A DNA stretch of 64,000 nt from Hydrolagus colliei (Eukaryota), in the NCBI GenBank assembly GCA_035084275.1, contig CM068750.1:16554001-16618000 (forward strand), given 5' to 3'. A model generated the notes under the pieces. That model had not been told where the DNA came from. It saw nothing but the letters and a program-made list of their open reading frames with translations, and made no database searches. Shown here piece after piece: positions 48,521 through 61,700 of the stretch. Made by a program: the position numbers and the translations under genes. How positions within the stretch are numbered: position 1 is the first letter of the stretch; each line of letters opens with the position of its first letter.

Positions 48521-48660
48521 CTGTTAATTTGATGTACAGCGAGAGACAATTTTGTTCTGCAGTTTATCTAATGGGTTTACTCCAAAGATTTAAATTTAAG
48601 ATCTCTTTACTCCAAAGATTTAAAACCCACTCCATCATCAACTGGTAAGATGAAACTTAC

Positions 48661-48801
48661 CGAATCCCTTATTGCCAAGAAACAATGACAGATCCAGCGT
48701 CTGGTAGTACCGTCTCGACAAATATATGAGAAGGCCTTGTCAAAGTTTCGGTCAGGAGCACAGAAAGACACCTTCTCTATAGTCTGATCAACAATTAGAT
48801 C
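48661..48801 (-). CDS. NUMB: NUMB exon (PTB core [47 protein letters not shown])
   Basis: PTB domain signature; AAG acceptor, GTAAGT donor; 141 nt. Confidence 0.97.
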
Positions 48802-49964
48802 CTTTAAAGAGGGGGGAAAAAGCAGTAAGAAAATAAGGAACATGAAATTCTTTCACCAAATCCTTACTGTTTTGCTCTGGAGAACAAACCAAGATTTGGT
48901 TAACTCTAAAAATTATTTAATACGAATACACTGGTGTGAGTCAGACACCAGGTGGTGGTCTTGTACTGTATTGGATAACTGTGCTAAATATATTGAAATT
49001 GATGGATTTGTCGAGTTTTTCCCTGAAAAAAAACATTTATTCTGACACTGCCGTGCACTCAACTTCATTATACACCTTCCTACAAAACAGAAAGATTTAG
49101 TCAGTGTGTATTTTTTCAGCATATTGCAAGACTTCTTACCTGTTGGTTGATGTTCTTAACAGATTCAAATGATTATCTATTAAAAGTGAAGCAAATTTGC
49201 AAGAAACCTATATGTTCTGCATGTATTTAGGGAGTTTATTCTCCCTTTCAACATTGTTGGCAAACAGCACTGCAACAAATTGATAATGCATGTGCTACAG
49301 TGTGGGCACACACATAATTGTTCTTAAAACTATTTCCCAAATATGCCAAGAGGAGACAGATTGCTGAGCAGTGTCGTTCGGGCTGTTTCAGCTGCAGCCT
49401 GAGCCTCTTCTCTATTCAGATAAATAACAAGCAATTCAGCCAACAGAAATGAGATACTGAATGGTCAGATTTAAAACTACTTTAGGGCTACAGTGTAAAT
49501 ACAAATGGAAGTGAAACTAATAAATATTTCAATACACAGTACAGCCCATAATTAACATGCTCGACTATAGCACAAATTTGCTTAAATTGTTGTTTTACTG
49601 GATTTCATTTGTTGTGCATGGGCACAGCTGACCCATTTATTTTCTGCACACCAGGGCAGCGGATTAGGCGAAAATGGTGGACTTCCTGTTTATTAGGTTG
49701 CCACCTGCACTTTGTGGACAATCACAAGCGACACAGAAGTTCATAATTTTAGCTTCTTACACTTAAAAAAAACGGTCACCTTTCACTTTCAGTTTATCAG
49801 GAGGCTGCCTGACAAAGTAGGAAGTGATGTTGCACTGACCCTCCACACCAGCAGGTGGACATTTTTTCTTTTAACGTACAAATAGTCAGTACATCCCCCT
49901 TAGACCAGACAGCACAAACAGTCAAAAACCCCAGTGCACCTGGCTGTAATGCCGCCTGGGATTT

Positions 49965-50700
49965 ACGTATTCCAAACACAATGCCTTTATCTATTTTCTC
50001 AGTTATCTCATCAAAAACTATTTGTCAGGCAAGCCTTACCTTTAATAAAAACATGCTGACTTTCTTTAATCAACCCACATCTTTTCAAGTGATTATTAAT
50101 ATTAGCCTGTCCTCCCGATGTGAAAGGCACTCTATAAATGTAATTTTGTTGTTGTATTTGTTGTTGTCTTACAGCCTCTAAACATTTGCTCACTATGGAC
50201 AGTGAACTAACAGTTCTATAATTACCTATCCCCGCCTCCGCTTTTTAAACAGAGGTGTTACATTAGCTACCCTCCAGTCTCCGGACACAACTTTCAACTC
50301 CAAGGATGTTCGAAAAATTGTAGTCAAAGCATCTACTATTTCCTCTCCAACTTCCTCGGCTGCATGTCATCAATCCTGGTGAACTGTCCTCTTTGAGTTC
50401 CATCATTTTCTGTAGAACTATTTCCTTCTCTATAGTTATCCCTTCTAATTACTACACATCCTCCTTTTGTGCATTTAATGTTTCACTATGCTTCTGAAAA
50501 ACTAAGGTGAAATATTCGTTAAGATACTCATTAAGTATCTACCTTAATTTTCTATGACTAGATTTTCTGCTTCTAATTGGTCCTATTTTCTTTAATTATT
50601 CTTTATTTTGGTGTTTATAAAATTCTTTAATATTTTTCTTTGTATTCTGCCTGTCTTTCCTCATATCCTCTCTTGTGAATCGCCTTTTTTGCTTCCCTTC
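49965..50700 (-). mobile_element. Degenerate CR1 RT fragment with an L2 tail inserted at about 50108-50167
   Basis: Minus ORF INNHLKRCGLIKESQHVFIKGKACLTN; NYRTVSSLSIVSKCLE upstream of it. Confidence 0.8.
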
Positions 50701-53523
50701 TATACAGTTTGTTCTATACTCTGCCTAAATTAAGACTCCAACACCATTGTTACATCCACATTTACTTGCCATATCTTTCTATTACTATGATGACAAAGGT
50801 GAGACAGGGAGTTATCCCGAGAAGACAAGGTCCTCAAAGTCCTTCGCCTCAACATTTATAGCTGATTAAACTCCAGCACTAACCCACGTCTTGGCTCTTA
50901 GGAACCTGTGCCTAATAGGTAGCATTCTTTCTGGAAGCGGCATTACATTCCAGAAATAAAATTCCATGCGTACGTAGAGTGTTTTATGTGGAATTCTGTC
51001 AGGTTTTGACACCCTTCTGCGTAGTGATGGGTTTACACACATCAAGACATCTGGTTGACAACATTCGAGTGGGGAAACAGTATACGCTCTATGCATGTCA
51101 AATTTTAAAACACTTTATAAAACTCACAAGTGCATCAGACACTCAGCTGACCCAAAAATGTCACCAGCCATGTGGCAAGAAATTTTCCCCAGTCAGTTAT
51201 CCTTCATTAATAAGTCAAAAATAAACACAATTCTTGGAAAACCCAGAAAGACTGGTCCAAGTTTTTTTTAACCTGGTGAGAGTCTAATTATTTAACTTTG
51301 CAGCTATTGTAACCCACACACCCAAGATCAGGCTCAAAATTATCAGTCAGAGAATTAAAGGTGGTAACTTCTAACTGCATACAGTGCATCAGTACATGAT
51401 ATTTGGAGTTTCCATAAAGGCCTACTGTTTATATTCAATGGTTCCGGGGACATACTGCAACAATTGAGGCATTAGCATTACAGTTAGTATCAGAACACTT
51501 AAGATAGGAAAATCAGCAAGCTCAAAGTACCTGAAGATACCAGCATTCATGGAACTGTATACCACAGTAAGGAAAATAGTCAAACTAAGAAATGATGAAG
51601 GGGAAAATAGGAGGCATCTTCTTTGGTTCAACCTTGCTCTCTACAATGAAAGATTCTGTGACATCATGCAATATCCATTTTAGTTCTATTTCAGTGATTA
51701 TTTGAAACACTGCCACAAGAGGATGAGATTTATTCCTGTGCATCACCAAAGGCAATCCATCACATTATTTCCTGATGTAAGATCATACATCCTCCTTTTA
51801 GCTTTAAGCTATTTATAAGAAATGAACAGAAGGAAGACAGAGGAGATAATTTGTTGGGTAATTAAATTGATGGTTATCCTAGTTAGACTTCCTCCAGTCC
51901 GTCTGACAAACATTTATGCAAGCTATTTAATTGAAGTAGAATCATTTCTTTAAGGATAATAATACTTGCATTTTGAACAAGGGCCTTATTTTGTCATGTC
52001 ATTGTAAAGTGGTGTGAACGTGCGTTTTGGGTGAACACGGAGCCTATTTCTTCATGCAAATGTCCCACAAACATCACTGAACCCATGAAGTGAATGACCA
52101 ATATTATTTGGGTGATTGTTGCAAAACTTTGCTCTCTTTTCAAAATGGTGCTATTGGATCTTTAACGTCCACCTGTATAGTCAGACAGGACCTCAATTTA
52201 ACACCCCAGTGGAAGAAAAGTTACTCAAACGTTGCAGCCTCCCCCAGCATAGACTATATGAGTTTCTCTGACTGGAGGTGAGATTACTGAGCCAGACTGA
52301 CTATGCAGTATAAATATAGAAAGAACTATAATCGATGCCTATTTGCAACAAAAAAGCTTACATGTGTATGCAAACTACCTGGTCAACTATGGTAACATTC
52401 CCAATAAAACTGAAGCGGAATTAAAGTCCAGAAAATTGCTGTTAGAAATAAAGGTAAGAATCCATGCTTACACTGCCTGAGTACCCACATTTTTCTGCAA
52501 AAGGCTACTTCAAAGGCAATACAATTAAGAATTGTATTATCTTAGTGAGACTTAAATACATGATGAACTTGCAGAACTAACTGAAGATGTTGATGAAAAC
52601 CCACTCCCTCCCTCTTTTCCTTGAGGAGCTTTTGAATATAGTTTGTACTGAGTCCGCTTTTTTCTTTTGTTTTCATTTCAACAAAGCAAAGTGTTGTAGT
52701 AGCTGGGGGTTAATAACATTAGAATTAACGTTAGATGCCTCTCTGTGAACCAAAAGTGAAAACTGTTGTGAATTCAAGTATTTTACTCACAACACATTCC
52801 AGCAAATGTCAGTATTAAACAAGTTTGGAGTGGAGCTAGAAAATAGTTTTGGAAATTGGTTCATCTACGAATTTATAAGCAGACTATAAAAAGATTAAAA
52901 CAGATTGGAAAACCTCTGAACTTTTGGACCCCTCCGATCCATTTTGAACTGTGAGAAATTATTCTTCAATCTGACCAATTGAGGTTATATAGTTGGTACC
53001 CAGTAGAAAGATTTGGACTACAGATAACAATAACAACAATTTGCATTTATATACCGACTTTCACGTCAAGATGATGTCCCATCATTCACTACTTACAGAT
53101 AAGAAGTCACTGCATTTTGTGGCAGATTTGACCATGTCCTTGCATTGCCTACACAAAAGTCAATTTACTACAAAGCTCACGCTTTGAAAATGTGACATAA
53201 GCACTAATAAAAATAAGTTTTTCCCATCAATTACAGATCATACCCATGTGAATAAATATTTTCCCACTAATTTTGTCAAACAATATATTTTATGGAATTT
53301 TCTCCCAAGAGTCATATTTTACCATTCTTAATTTCAAGGAAAAATATTTCCTTCATCCATTCAATATTTAAAGTTAATGGATCAATCGGTGACACTCAGG
53401 TCATTCAAATTCAAGTAACCTTTCTATAGAACCCACAAGATAAAATGAAATAAGGGCATTAATTATTATTATTTTTAAAATCAGAACCAAACTTTAGTAA
53501 TGCAAATTGCATAGTAAACTGAC

Positions 53524-53598
53524 CTTGGTTTTCTCGTCCACCACTCGTAGCCCATCTGCTGATACCCACAGGACAGCCTTAACTGCTTTCTTTCCGCT
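53524..53598 (-). CDS. NUMB: NUMB exon (SGKKAVKAVLWVSADGLRVVDEKTK, PTB)
   Basis: 75 nt, phase 0 to 0, AAG|GTCAGT donor. Read by hand; too short for the ORF track. Confidence 0.96.
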
Positions 53599-56152
53599 CT
53601 TTAATGGTGGAAAAAAAATAATAGTTTAGTTGACGTGTTTACTGAAATCAGTAGGTGAGCTGCAAAGACAAAGCAAGAATAGCAGCATAGTATAGGTTAG
53701 ATCCCACTGCCAGACACAGCCCAACACAAAAATAGAATAGAGCAGTTGAACACCAAAGCTTCAGGAGTCCGAAGCGAGAAGAAAAAACACACCATTAGAA
53801 CACACAACGTGCTGAACTCTCTACCTATTGTTAAACCAGCATAAATAAATATGCTAGGTGCTTGGTACAGTGATTAAGGAGTTACACCATTAGTATGGCA
53901 AGCAGTTTTTCTGCTACTCAGGAAACACCAGCAAACGGGATTTCAATTCCACCAAGTTTCTTTCAAGTTTCAGTACTATATGTAATGTTTCACTTTATTA
54001 CATTTGATTTCATAAATGAATTACTCACCATTACGTCTCTGAAAGAAGTCCTATACAAACACTTGTGCATCTGTGGTCTTCCCTGCATGCAATGGGTTGG
54101 GAAATTCAATTCTGTTCATTTCTCCTCCATGCAAACTTCCCAACATTGCGCTTTGCAACCTCCCTTCTTTCTCTCTCACACCCGCCCATGTTTTTTTTTG
54201 TGTGTTGATTATTTTCTCCTATTGCTGAGGAAATGCTCAGACAGGCTAGAGAGAAGAGAATACATCTTGTACGTGCAAGTGGTTCAATGTCAAGAGACTG
54301 TCAATTATTACAGAGAGTAATATTTTCTTGAAATTTGGTGACTATCAAAATAGTGATAAGGGAGGAGGGGGGAGAATAAGCTGCCAACACTGCAGCTAGT
54401 TAAAGAAGATATGGCACGACTTCCAAACTATTTAGTTCTCATACTTGTTAGCATGCGGCTTTGTTAAAATTAGCCAGGCGAATAAATTCTTCTTTAAAAT
54501 TAGATGAATCAGATAGTATATGAATCTTCAGTCTTCAGGAGAACAAAGCTAGTGCCATCATAGAAAATGCACCATTGCCAAGTACACAATTTACTTAGAA
54601 ATGGTGCTCCATTTTCCACTGATCAGCAGTAAAGGTACAGTACTTAGAACTTTGAACACTTGGCCACAAGTAGCTATTGAGGCTCAGATCACAGCATTTA
54701 AAAGTGAAATGCATAAATATTTGGAAAGAAATCCAAAAAGTTATGGTCAGAGAGAGCAAGGAATTGAGATTAATTAGCTTCATTTGAGATGGTCAGTTGG
54801 CCTTCTGTGCCTTCACTTCTAAGATTCTATGAATATATTTTGTTCTATACAATTCAAAAAAGTTATAGTTCAACCCATAGCATATTTGCTGATCTAAACT
54901 ACAAAAATGATGGAGGGCACTACCACTGCTTAATCACTGGGATCTGGGGTTGTGTAAAATGAAAGAATAGACTTGGCTTTGCCCTTATTTTCCCCAGGTG
55001 AATTACCCCCAAGATATTCAAATTATGTTCACTTTCATTATAAACAAAGCTAGATTTTAACCTATTGTTAAATACAGAATATAATAATAATAATTCTTGC
55101 ATTTGATATAGTACTTTACACATTTTCTAGACATCTCAAAGAGCTTCACATAATATACTGTAAAGTGAATTTACTGTATATATGTGGGCAAAATATATGA
55201 AGACGATACCACAGAAAGAGTGTAACAATGGATTAACATAGATGTCAACACTAAAGGCCAAACATTCAAATAATTTTAAAAGTTATGTTGCAGATTGTTT
55301 CTACGGACTAGTTTTCCTCACAAAGTTAAAATCAGAGAGCCCTAATTCTGTAACCTTATTTACAATAGCTTGTCAACCAATGAAATAAGGCATCCAACTA
55401 CTTTTCTGAATTCTCCCTGAAATGGATTCATGAGGCTAAATGATCTAACTCTGCAAATGGATCACCTCAATGACATTTTCCTACCTACCCATCTCCAATG
55501 CAGTTGTATAGATAAGCCTGTGAAATGGGAAAGAACTCAAGGAAGAAAAGCTGAGTCAAGAGAATGCAACTGCAGAGATTGATCTGAACTGATCTAGGAA
55601 TGCAAATAATGAGGTTTTCTCCAGTGACTTGAACACGACCACAATCTGAAATGTTTCTACCAACCAGGATCTGAAAGAATGAAGAGTCTCTGTCTGGATT
55701 TTATTTTTAAGAACAGTTGTCTCTCTTTCCCACCAACTGACAGTTTCCTCTTCCTGGATAAAGTTGAGTTTTGAAAGCTGACACCAGACCTTAAACTATC
55801 CCAAAGAGCAACTGCGGTGGGGGGGGAAGAAAGAAACCTTCACACAGAATTTATTCTTCAGGCACAGCATTTCTTCATTCTCCGTTTTCTTTTTCCTACT
55901 CCGATATTAATACATGCACACTTCAACCAAGCAGCATGGGCAAATACAATACTAATTCAGATTCACTTCAAAAGATGCAATGTGGTGTAACAGTAGCAAA
56001 CAACTTGAAACTAACAGAAAATAACCATTCAGATTGGTGTTAGTTTACACTGACCAATTATGTGCTTTTAGCCACAGTGTTCAGTAATTTTAAAGTAGAT
56101 AATGGTGTAACCCCTTAAACGTATCAGCGGAATTCTCAGTATTAAAACTTAC

Positions 56153-56185
56153 TTTTCCAAACAGGGCTTTGAAGAACTTCCTTTC
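56153..56185 (-). CDS. NUMB: NUMB 33-nt PTB-insert microexon (ERKFFKALFGK)
   Basis: CTGAC branch-like site, CCCCCTGTCACTCCAG acceptor, GTAAGT donor; 11 aa matching the mammalian insert ERKFFKGFFGK. The more 5' NUMB exons were not found and presumably lie beyond the window. Confidence 0.93.
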
Positions 56186-58344
56186 CTGGAGTGACAGGGG
56201 GAACAAGTCAGGAGACTATTACTGAAGGATGCTACAAGTATTACAATAGTTTCAGACCAAAGCAAGTAGGAACCGTCAAGAAGGATTCTCCAAAAAGAAT
56301 GGAGACAGGCAATTCGTGACCACCCATAATAATGCAATGCATTAAATGGATTTATAGAAGCTACAGCCATCGGAACAGTTGAAAAATGGACAGAGTGTCC
56401 AGGCCTGCTACATGCAGAGGTGCTAGTTACATTTCCAGTTTAGTTTTGAAGAGCACTTCAGTTCAAGTTGGCAGCAGCAGTTTCAGCAATATTGTGATAC
56501 TTTGGATCAGAGAGACAAAGATCATTTAGCATGTTTTCTCTATTTTGCTGCACGTTATTGGCGGAGATTAACATAATTGGAGTCAAACAAAATATGTCTT
56601 CAACAAAATGTACACATTTTTCCCAGCATTATTGTTGTAAATAGATCCACACTAAATTAACAAAACAAGGTCATTTCAAAACAGGATATGCAAGACCTTG
56701 TCAGTACTTAGATTGTACATCATTTCTCATCATATCATGAAGTCAACACAATGATGATTATGCATAATTACAAACAGTTATGTGAGTAAAACAAGACTGG
56801 ATGCTGCTGCCAAGTCTTATGGTCCTAGATCAGTTATTAAACTACATTGTAAGTAAATCATTTTCACTAAAGAAACTACACAAGATGAAATTCCAACACT
56901 ACCTCATGCCTGAGTAAGAATGTTAATTGTTAATTCAGTTTATTATGTAGAGGAAACGTGGTCCAGTGACATTAGTATAAATGTCAAGCATGCAATATTA
57001 TAACAAGCTATGATTAGAAAAAGTATTATTGAAAAGGAAACAATTTAATGTTTCATATATACCTGGTAAAACAAAAACAAACATTAAATGACATCAAAAC
57101 TCGAAATAAAGTATCATCATATAAATGAACCAAAGATATACTAAAGCACATTACAATTGCAACAATCACAATATTAGTTTGGATGAAGAAGGCCCTTTGG
57201 TCCACCCAATCTGATCCCTCCAGAACATTTACTCTATCATCTTCCCATCACAGGATCAATCTGCGTTTTAAATGCATCCAGTGTCCTGTACTAACCCATT
57301 TCCAGGGAAAAGTAGTCAAGTAAAATATCAGAATTGAAACCATTTCAATAAATGATGACTAGGCAGAAGAATATGGACACAGAAAACTCGAAACTGAGTT
57401 TGGAATTGTTCAAGTTAGTTCGAGGGTGGAATTGAAATATGTTCCAGCAAACTAACCATGAAAATAAACCAGCACGATGTGGTTTTAATATTAGGAAGTG
57501 AAAACTCAAGGCCAACTTTACTTCATGGACCACTATTTCAACAACAACAACAACAAAATTTCACTTATATAGCCCCTTTCACGTCGGGAGGACATCCCAA
57601 AGTGCTGAACAGTCAGTGGGGGGGGTGGGGGGTAGGGGACCGAGAGTGGGAGAGGGGGAAGAGTTAGTGGGGCAGCCGAAGAGGAATCCGGTTGAAAAGG
57701 TAAAGGAAATCCCTCCCATTGTCCTGGTCAATGAGGCCAAAGGCCTGAACTATCCAGTTCAGCTTGAGAGCAGTAAACTGTCAATCCTGGTATCATTTTG
57801 GTAAACGTATGCTGTACTCTAACCATCCCTGCTATATCCTTTCTGTAGTGTGGTAACCAGGATTCAGGAATAACCTAAAAAACATAATGTTTTAAAACCA
57901 AACTCTCTCTAATCCACTCTCCATTTGTGCAGTTAAATGTTCCCCCAGGATTAGCCTCGCAGCAGATCCATGATCTAATCTGAAGCTATTGTGAAAGCTG
58001 CCTATTCCTGAAATAAGTCTCATAATACATCTGATACCATTGCACATCATTAAAGAGTATCCATACCCAAATTCTTCAGGAACTACAACAGAACTACAAA
58101 ATAATTCATGAGATTAACTGAAAATGCTCCAAGGTATAAAAACCTGAGAAGCATGACCTTCACGATCCATTTGTGTTGTTTTTTTTGTTCCTACAACTGT
58201 TTAATCATGACCAACTATAAGCCACCAATTCTGCATGTGCTTAACTATAACTTCAAAAATAAAACACGCTCTGTCAGGATCAATTCAATTAGAACAGCCG
58301 TGTTTGTAACCTCGGTTAACAGCCAAGTGCAACTCTTTATGAAC

Positions 58345-58770
58345 AATAATCCCTGCATTTGCTATAAGCACCTTTCACATTTGGGGGGGCAGGGGGGATG
58401 GGGCTCATGTGATTTACACTCAAGTAAATCCTTCACAAGCGCTAATGATCGTGCATTTTGTAAGTAAACACAGCAGCTGATTTGTGCACAGAAGTGTCTC
58501 ACAATGAGCTATGAAATGAATGACTGATTTATCTGAAATATTGTTGACCAGTACAGCAGGAGAAATTCCATTCTTTTCATATAATATCATGGGAACTTTC
58601 ACGTCCACTTAAAAAGGCGATGGCTTAACAACTCATTCAAAGACAGGAACCTTCGACAATGCAATACTCCCCAGGCAATATGTTCAAGTGTCAGCCTAAA
58701 CAGAGTTCAAAAGTCTTCATGTTTTGGTTCTTGAACTGACAACCATCCGATTCAGAGACAAGAGCTTGCT
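58345..58770 (-). mobile_element. Degenerate SacSINE1/DeuSINE-like element
   Basis: Reverse-complement similarity to the 6833 copy. Similar minus-strand relics at about 5275-5470, 12515-12775, 19660-19870, 22940-23235 and 51955-52300. Confidence 0.6.
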
Positions 58771-61700
58771 TCTTTGCAGAACAAATACAGATTTCCTGTG
58801 CAATTAATGAGTTCTAGTCACGTAAACGAGAAAAGCAACTACTTTAGGAGTATTGAGTGCCATGATTGTACAAATACTGCAAACTGATTAATCTTTGCCT
58901 TCAACAAAATACAGTTTAAACAGTTTTCTGCCAGGAGAAAATAGTATTATTTCATATGCTCATGCATACATTATAATTATTTTATCCAAGGCATTAATAC
59001 ATCAAAGTATTTCAAGACATGCAACAGCTTGCTTTGAAATGCACTCACATATGTCAAAAAGGCAGCTAATCTGTGCCAGCAATGTCCCACAAACAAGAGC
59101 AGTTGGAATATTTCTGGTCAAATTTGTATGGGAATATACTTGCCAGGAACAGCACTAAAAAGTGATTCACTATATTGGAAGTTTTACGTGAAATCTAATA
59201 TATTTTTTAAAAAACGACCTTTAATGACCCAATAAGTGTAAGCCTTAGCAGTTACACAAAAGGGCAAGAGTCATGCCTGTTCTGCAGATAAAAGTAAGGT
59301 TTTGAAATAAATAAATGTAATCTGGCATTTTGGTAACATGACCATGCTAAAAGTTTAGAAATATGCATTTGGATCATAATCAAGTGGACATTCAATAGGC
59401 TGCATATCAAACAGACATGTCTCTGCGCAAAGAAAAATGACACCGACAAAGTATCTTTTTAATCATCTGTCCAACACTCATGTTGTTTGCAATCCAAGGG
59501 ATTGCTGACAATCCTAACACATCCAATGGGATTTTAGATCAGTCAGCAGGAAAGATGATTGCAGCATTTCCACTTCTCCTTAATAAATCCATCAATATTC
59601 AGGGCAGGTTACACCACTTGAAGCTAACACCCAACTGAGGTACTGAATACATCCACTCTTAATTTCCTATCTCCATGTAGCCCCACATTTTGTTTTCTCA
59701 ATTCAACAAGGCACAGTCAGATATTTCTGCATATGCAGGCCTTGAATGGTAAGAGCTTTGGAATTAGCTACAAAACAAAATTCAAGTAGCTTGCGATGAT
59801 CAATGCTCACACATTAAAGACTGCCACTTGACACGTTTCTGCAGAACTGCCAATATATCCTGGAAAGGAAGAAGAGAGAAAGCAAGCTGGATGAAAGAGG
59901 GCAAGAACAAGCAGGAGCCAAACGGACAATTAAATTGAACGAGAAAAGCGAGGAGAAAGAACGCAGAAAAAAAAAGGAGAAGAAATGGGAAAAAGGAAAT
60001 CACTGATATTTAAGGCCGTGAGAAAGTCATTTTTTTGGGACGAAAGGGTACAGCCAAAATGTGTTACATTTGTGATTGGTTTCAGTTTTTTTTACTTTAA
60101 GCCGCAATTTTCCTACAGCTTTGAAAATCAACTTTGAAATAGAACTTCTCATTTGAGACAAACGTCTCCACAATCACAATCTGAAAGGTCTCCACAATCA
60201 CCTGCTAGAACAGATATCGCAATGAACTGACTACAAATGCTACTACTATATAACAGAGTATAATTTTCAACTGACACCAACCATAACCAGAAGATATCTA
60301 AAATAACAGGAGCATAATTACTAACACAAAGCTAGTCAAAAACTTGGGTGGTGGATGTAAGTAAGGACGGGCTACTAATCCTGCAGCCAAGAGACTGATG
60401 CAGACTTTAAAATTCTGTTTTGTATGTTATTCTATTAACGCTAAATAAATTTGGTTGAAGCTGTTCTTCAGTCTATGGGTGCTTTTGGAGGATTTTAAAA
60501 AAATAGTAAATGCAAAGAAGAAATAAAAACAAGTGGGATCAGAGGCAGATCAACTTCAACATAAAATTATAGGTCAAATCTCAGATGTTTGGAATCATTC
60601 TCAATCACAGGACACTCAAATCACCATTAAGAATATTAATAACCAACTGAAAACAATTTTATTTTCAAATTAAAGTTTGTAAAACAATCTGCTTGCTTCA
60701 AATTGACATGATATTTACAAAAAAATACTTTGCAATTGGATCACAGAGCACTGCAGGCTCTTATTTTATTTCAGGAATGCTCTTTACATCAGCTTATCAA
60801 GTGACATCAACCTCTTTGTATACAGGTTTTCAGTTTCCTTGTTGAATTTTCATGCTGTATGCTGGATTTAAATATAAACCCAACCAACCTTAAAGACTCG
60901 GAAAAAATTGTTGATAGAATCTCATCCATTTATTTGCATCCTGTTATAACAGGAAAACATTTAGTGCCATACGATTGTGGCTTGCTTAATGAAGCATTTG
61001 ATGTAGCAACTCTATAATCTCCTAGAGAGCAACAAGTAGCTTGTCTTCATTTATGCTCAATTGCCTATTTTATATTGGGATTTGCAGAAGCTTCCAGCTG
61101 ATAAAGCATCTTTGCTTCACAGTAGAATCTACATTTGCGCCCTAAAAAAAGCAAATAAATATTTGATTTGCCATATGTCGTGTATGTCTCTGATTGTATT
61201 TTAATAAGAATTTCTCTGCTCCTCTGCACCCTTCGCCACCTATAATTTTCTTAACCAGGTTTAGTTAACTTCATTTGATAAATCGGAATCGAGTTAGTAG
61301 CCTACAGAACAAAAATTTTGATTTTATTGCAGAAATGCTAAACATTTATATCACATCCACTTGCTTTTTGTTTATCAGGTTTAAGTTAGCTAACTCACCC
61401 CTAACTATGTTGATTTTGGCAACGCTCTTGTAGCTTAATTCATTGAAGAAATATCACCTTCGCTCTTACCCTGAAACTGTGCTCAGAGTGAAAAGGAAAT
61501 AAATGATTGACACTTGAGAAATTTGATATAGGGATATTATATAGCATCTCCATAGAACGAGATTTTTTGCTTCAAAAAAGCCTCTTTAGGTACCCAATGT
61601 CGGTGGTGACACTATAACCTGCAGGGTCCCATTTTTAGCGTGAGAATCCAGCGCAGTGCTCAGCATACTATGCTTCTGCCATACAATTTGTGAAAAATTT

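Noticed and set aside
48219-48623. Short local duplications (ATATGTAGTTACCTTGC twice; TTTACTCCAAAGATTTAAA twice; similar ones near 60165 and 62575)
   Set aside because: Two-copy slippage duplications with no regular repeat-spacer periodicity; not CRISPR-like.
53895-54320. 141-aa plus-strand ORF
   Set aside because: No recognisable protein features; it lies antisense to the NUMB intron and the candidate cryptic exon, which is better supported on the minus strand.
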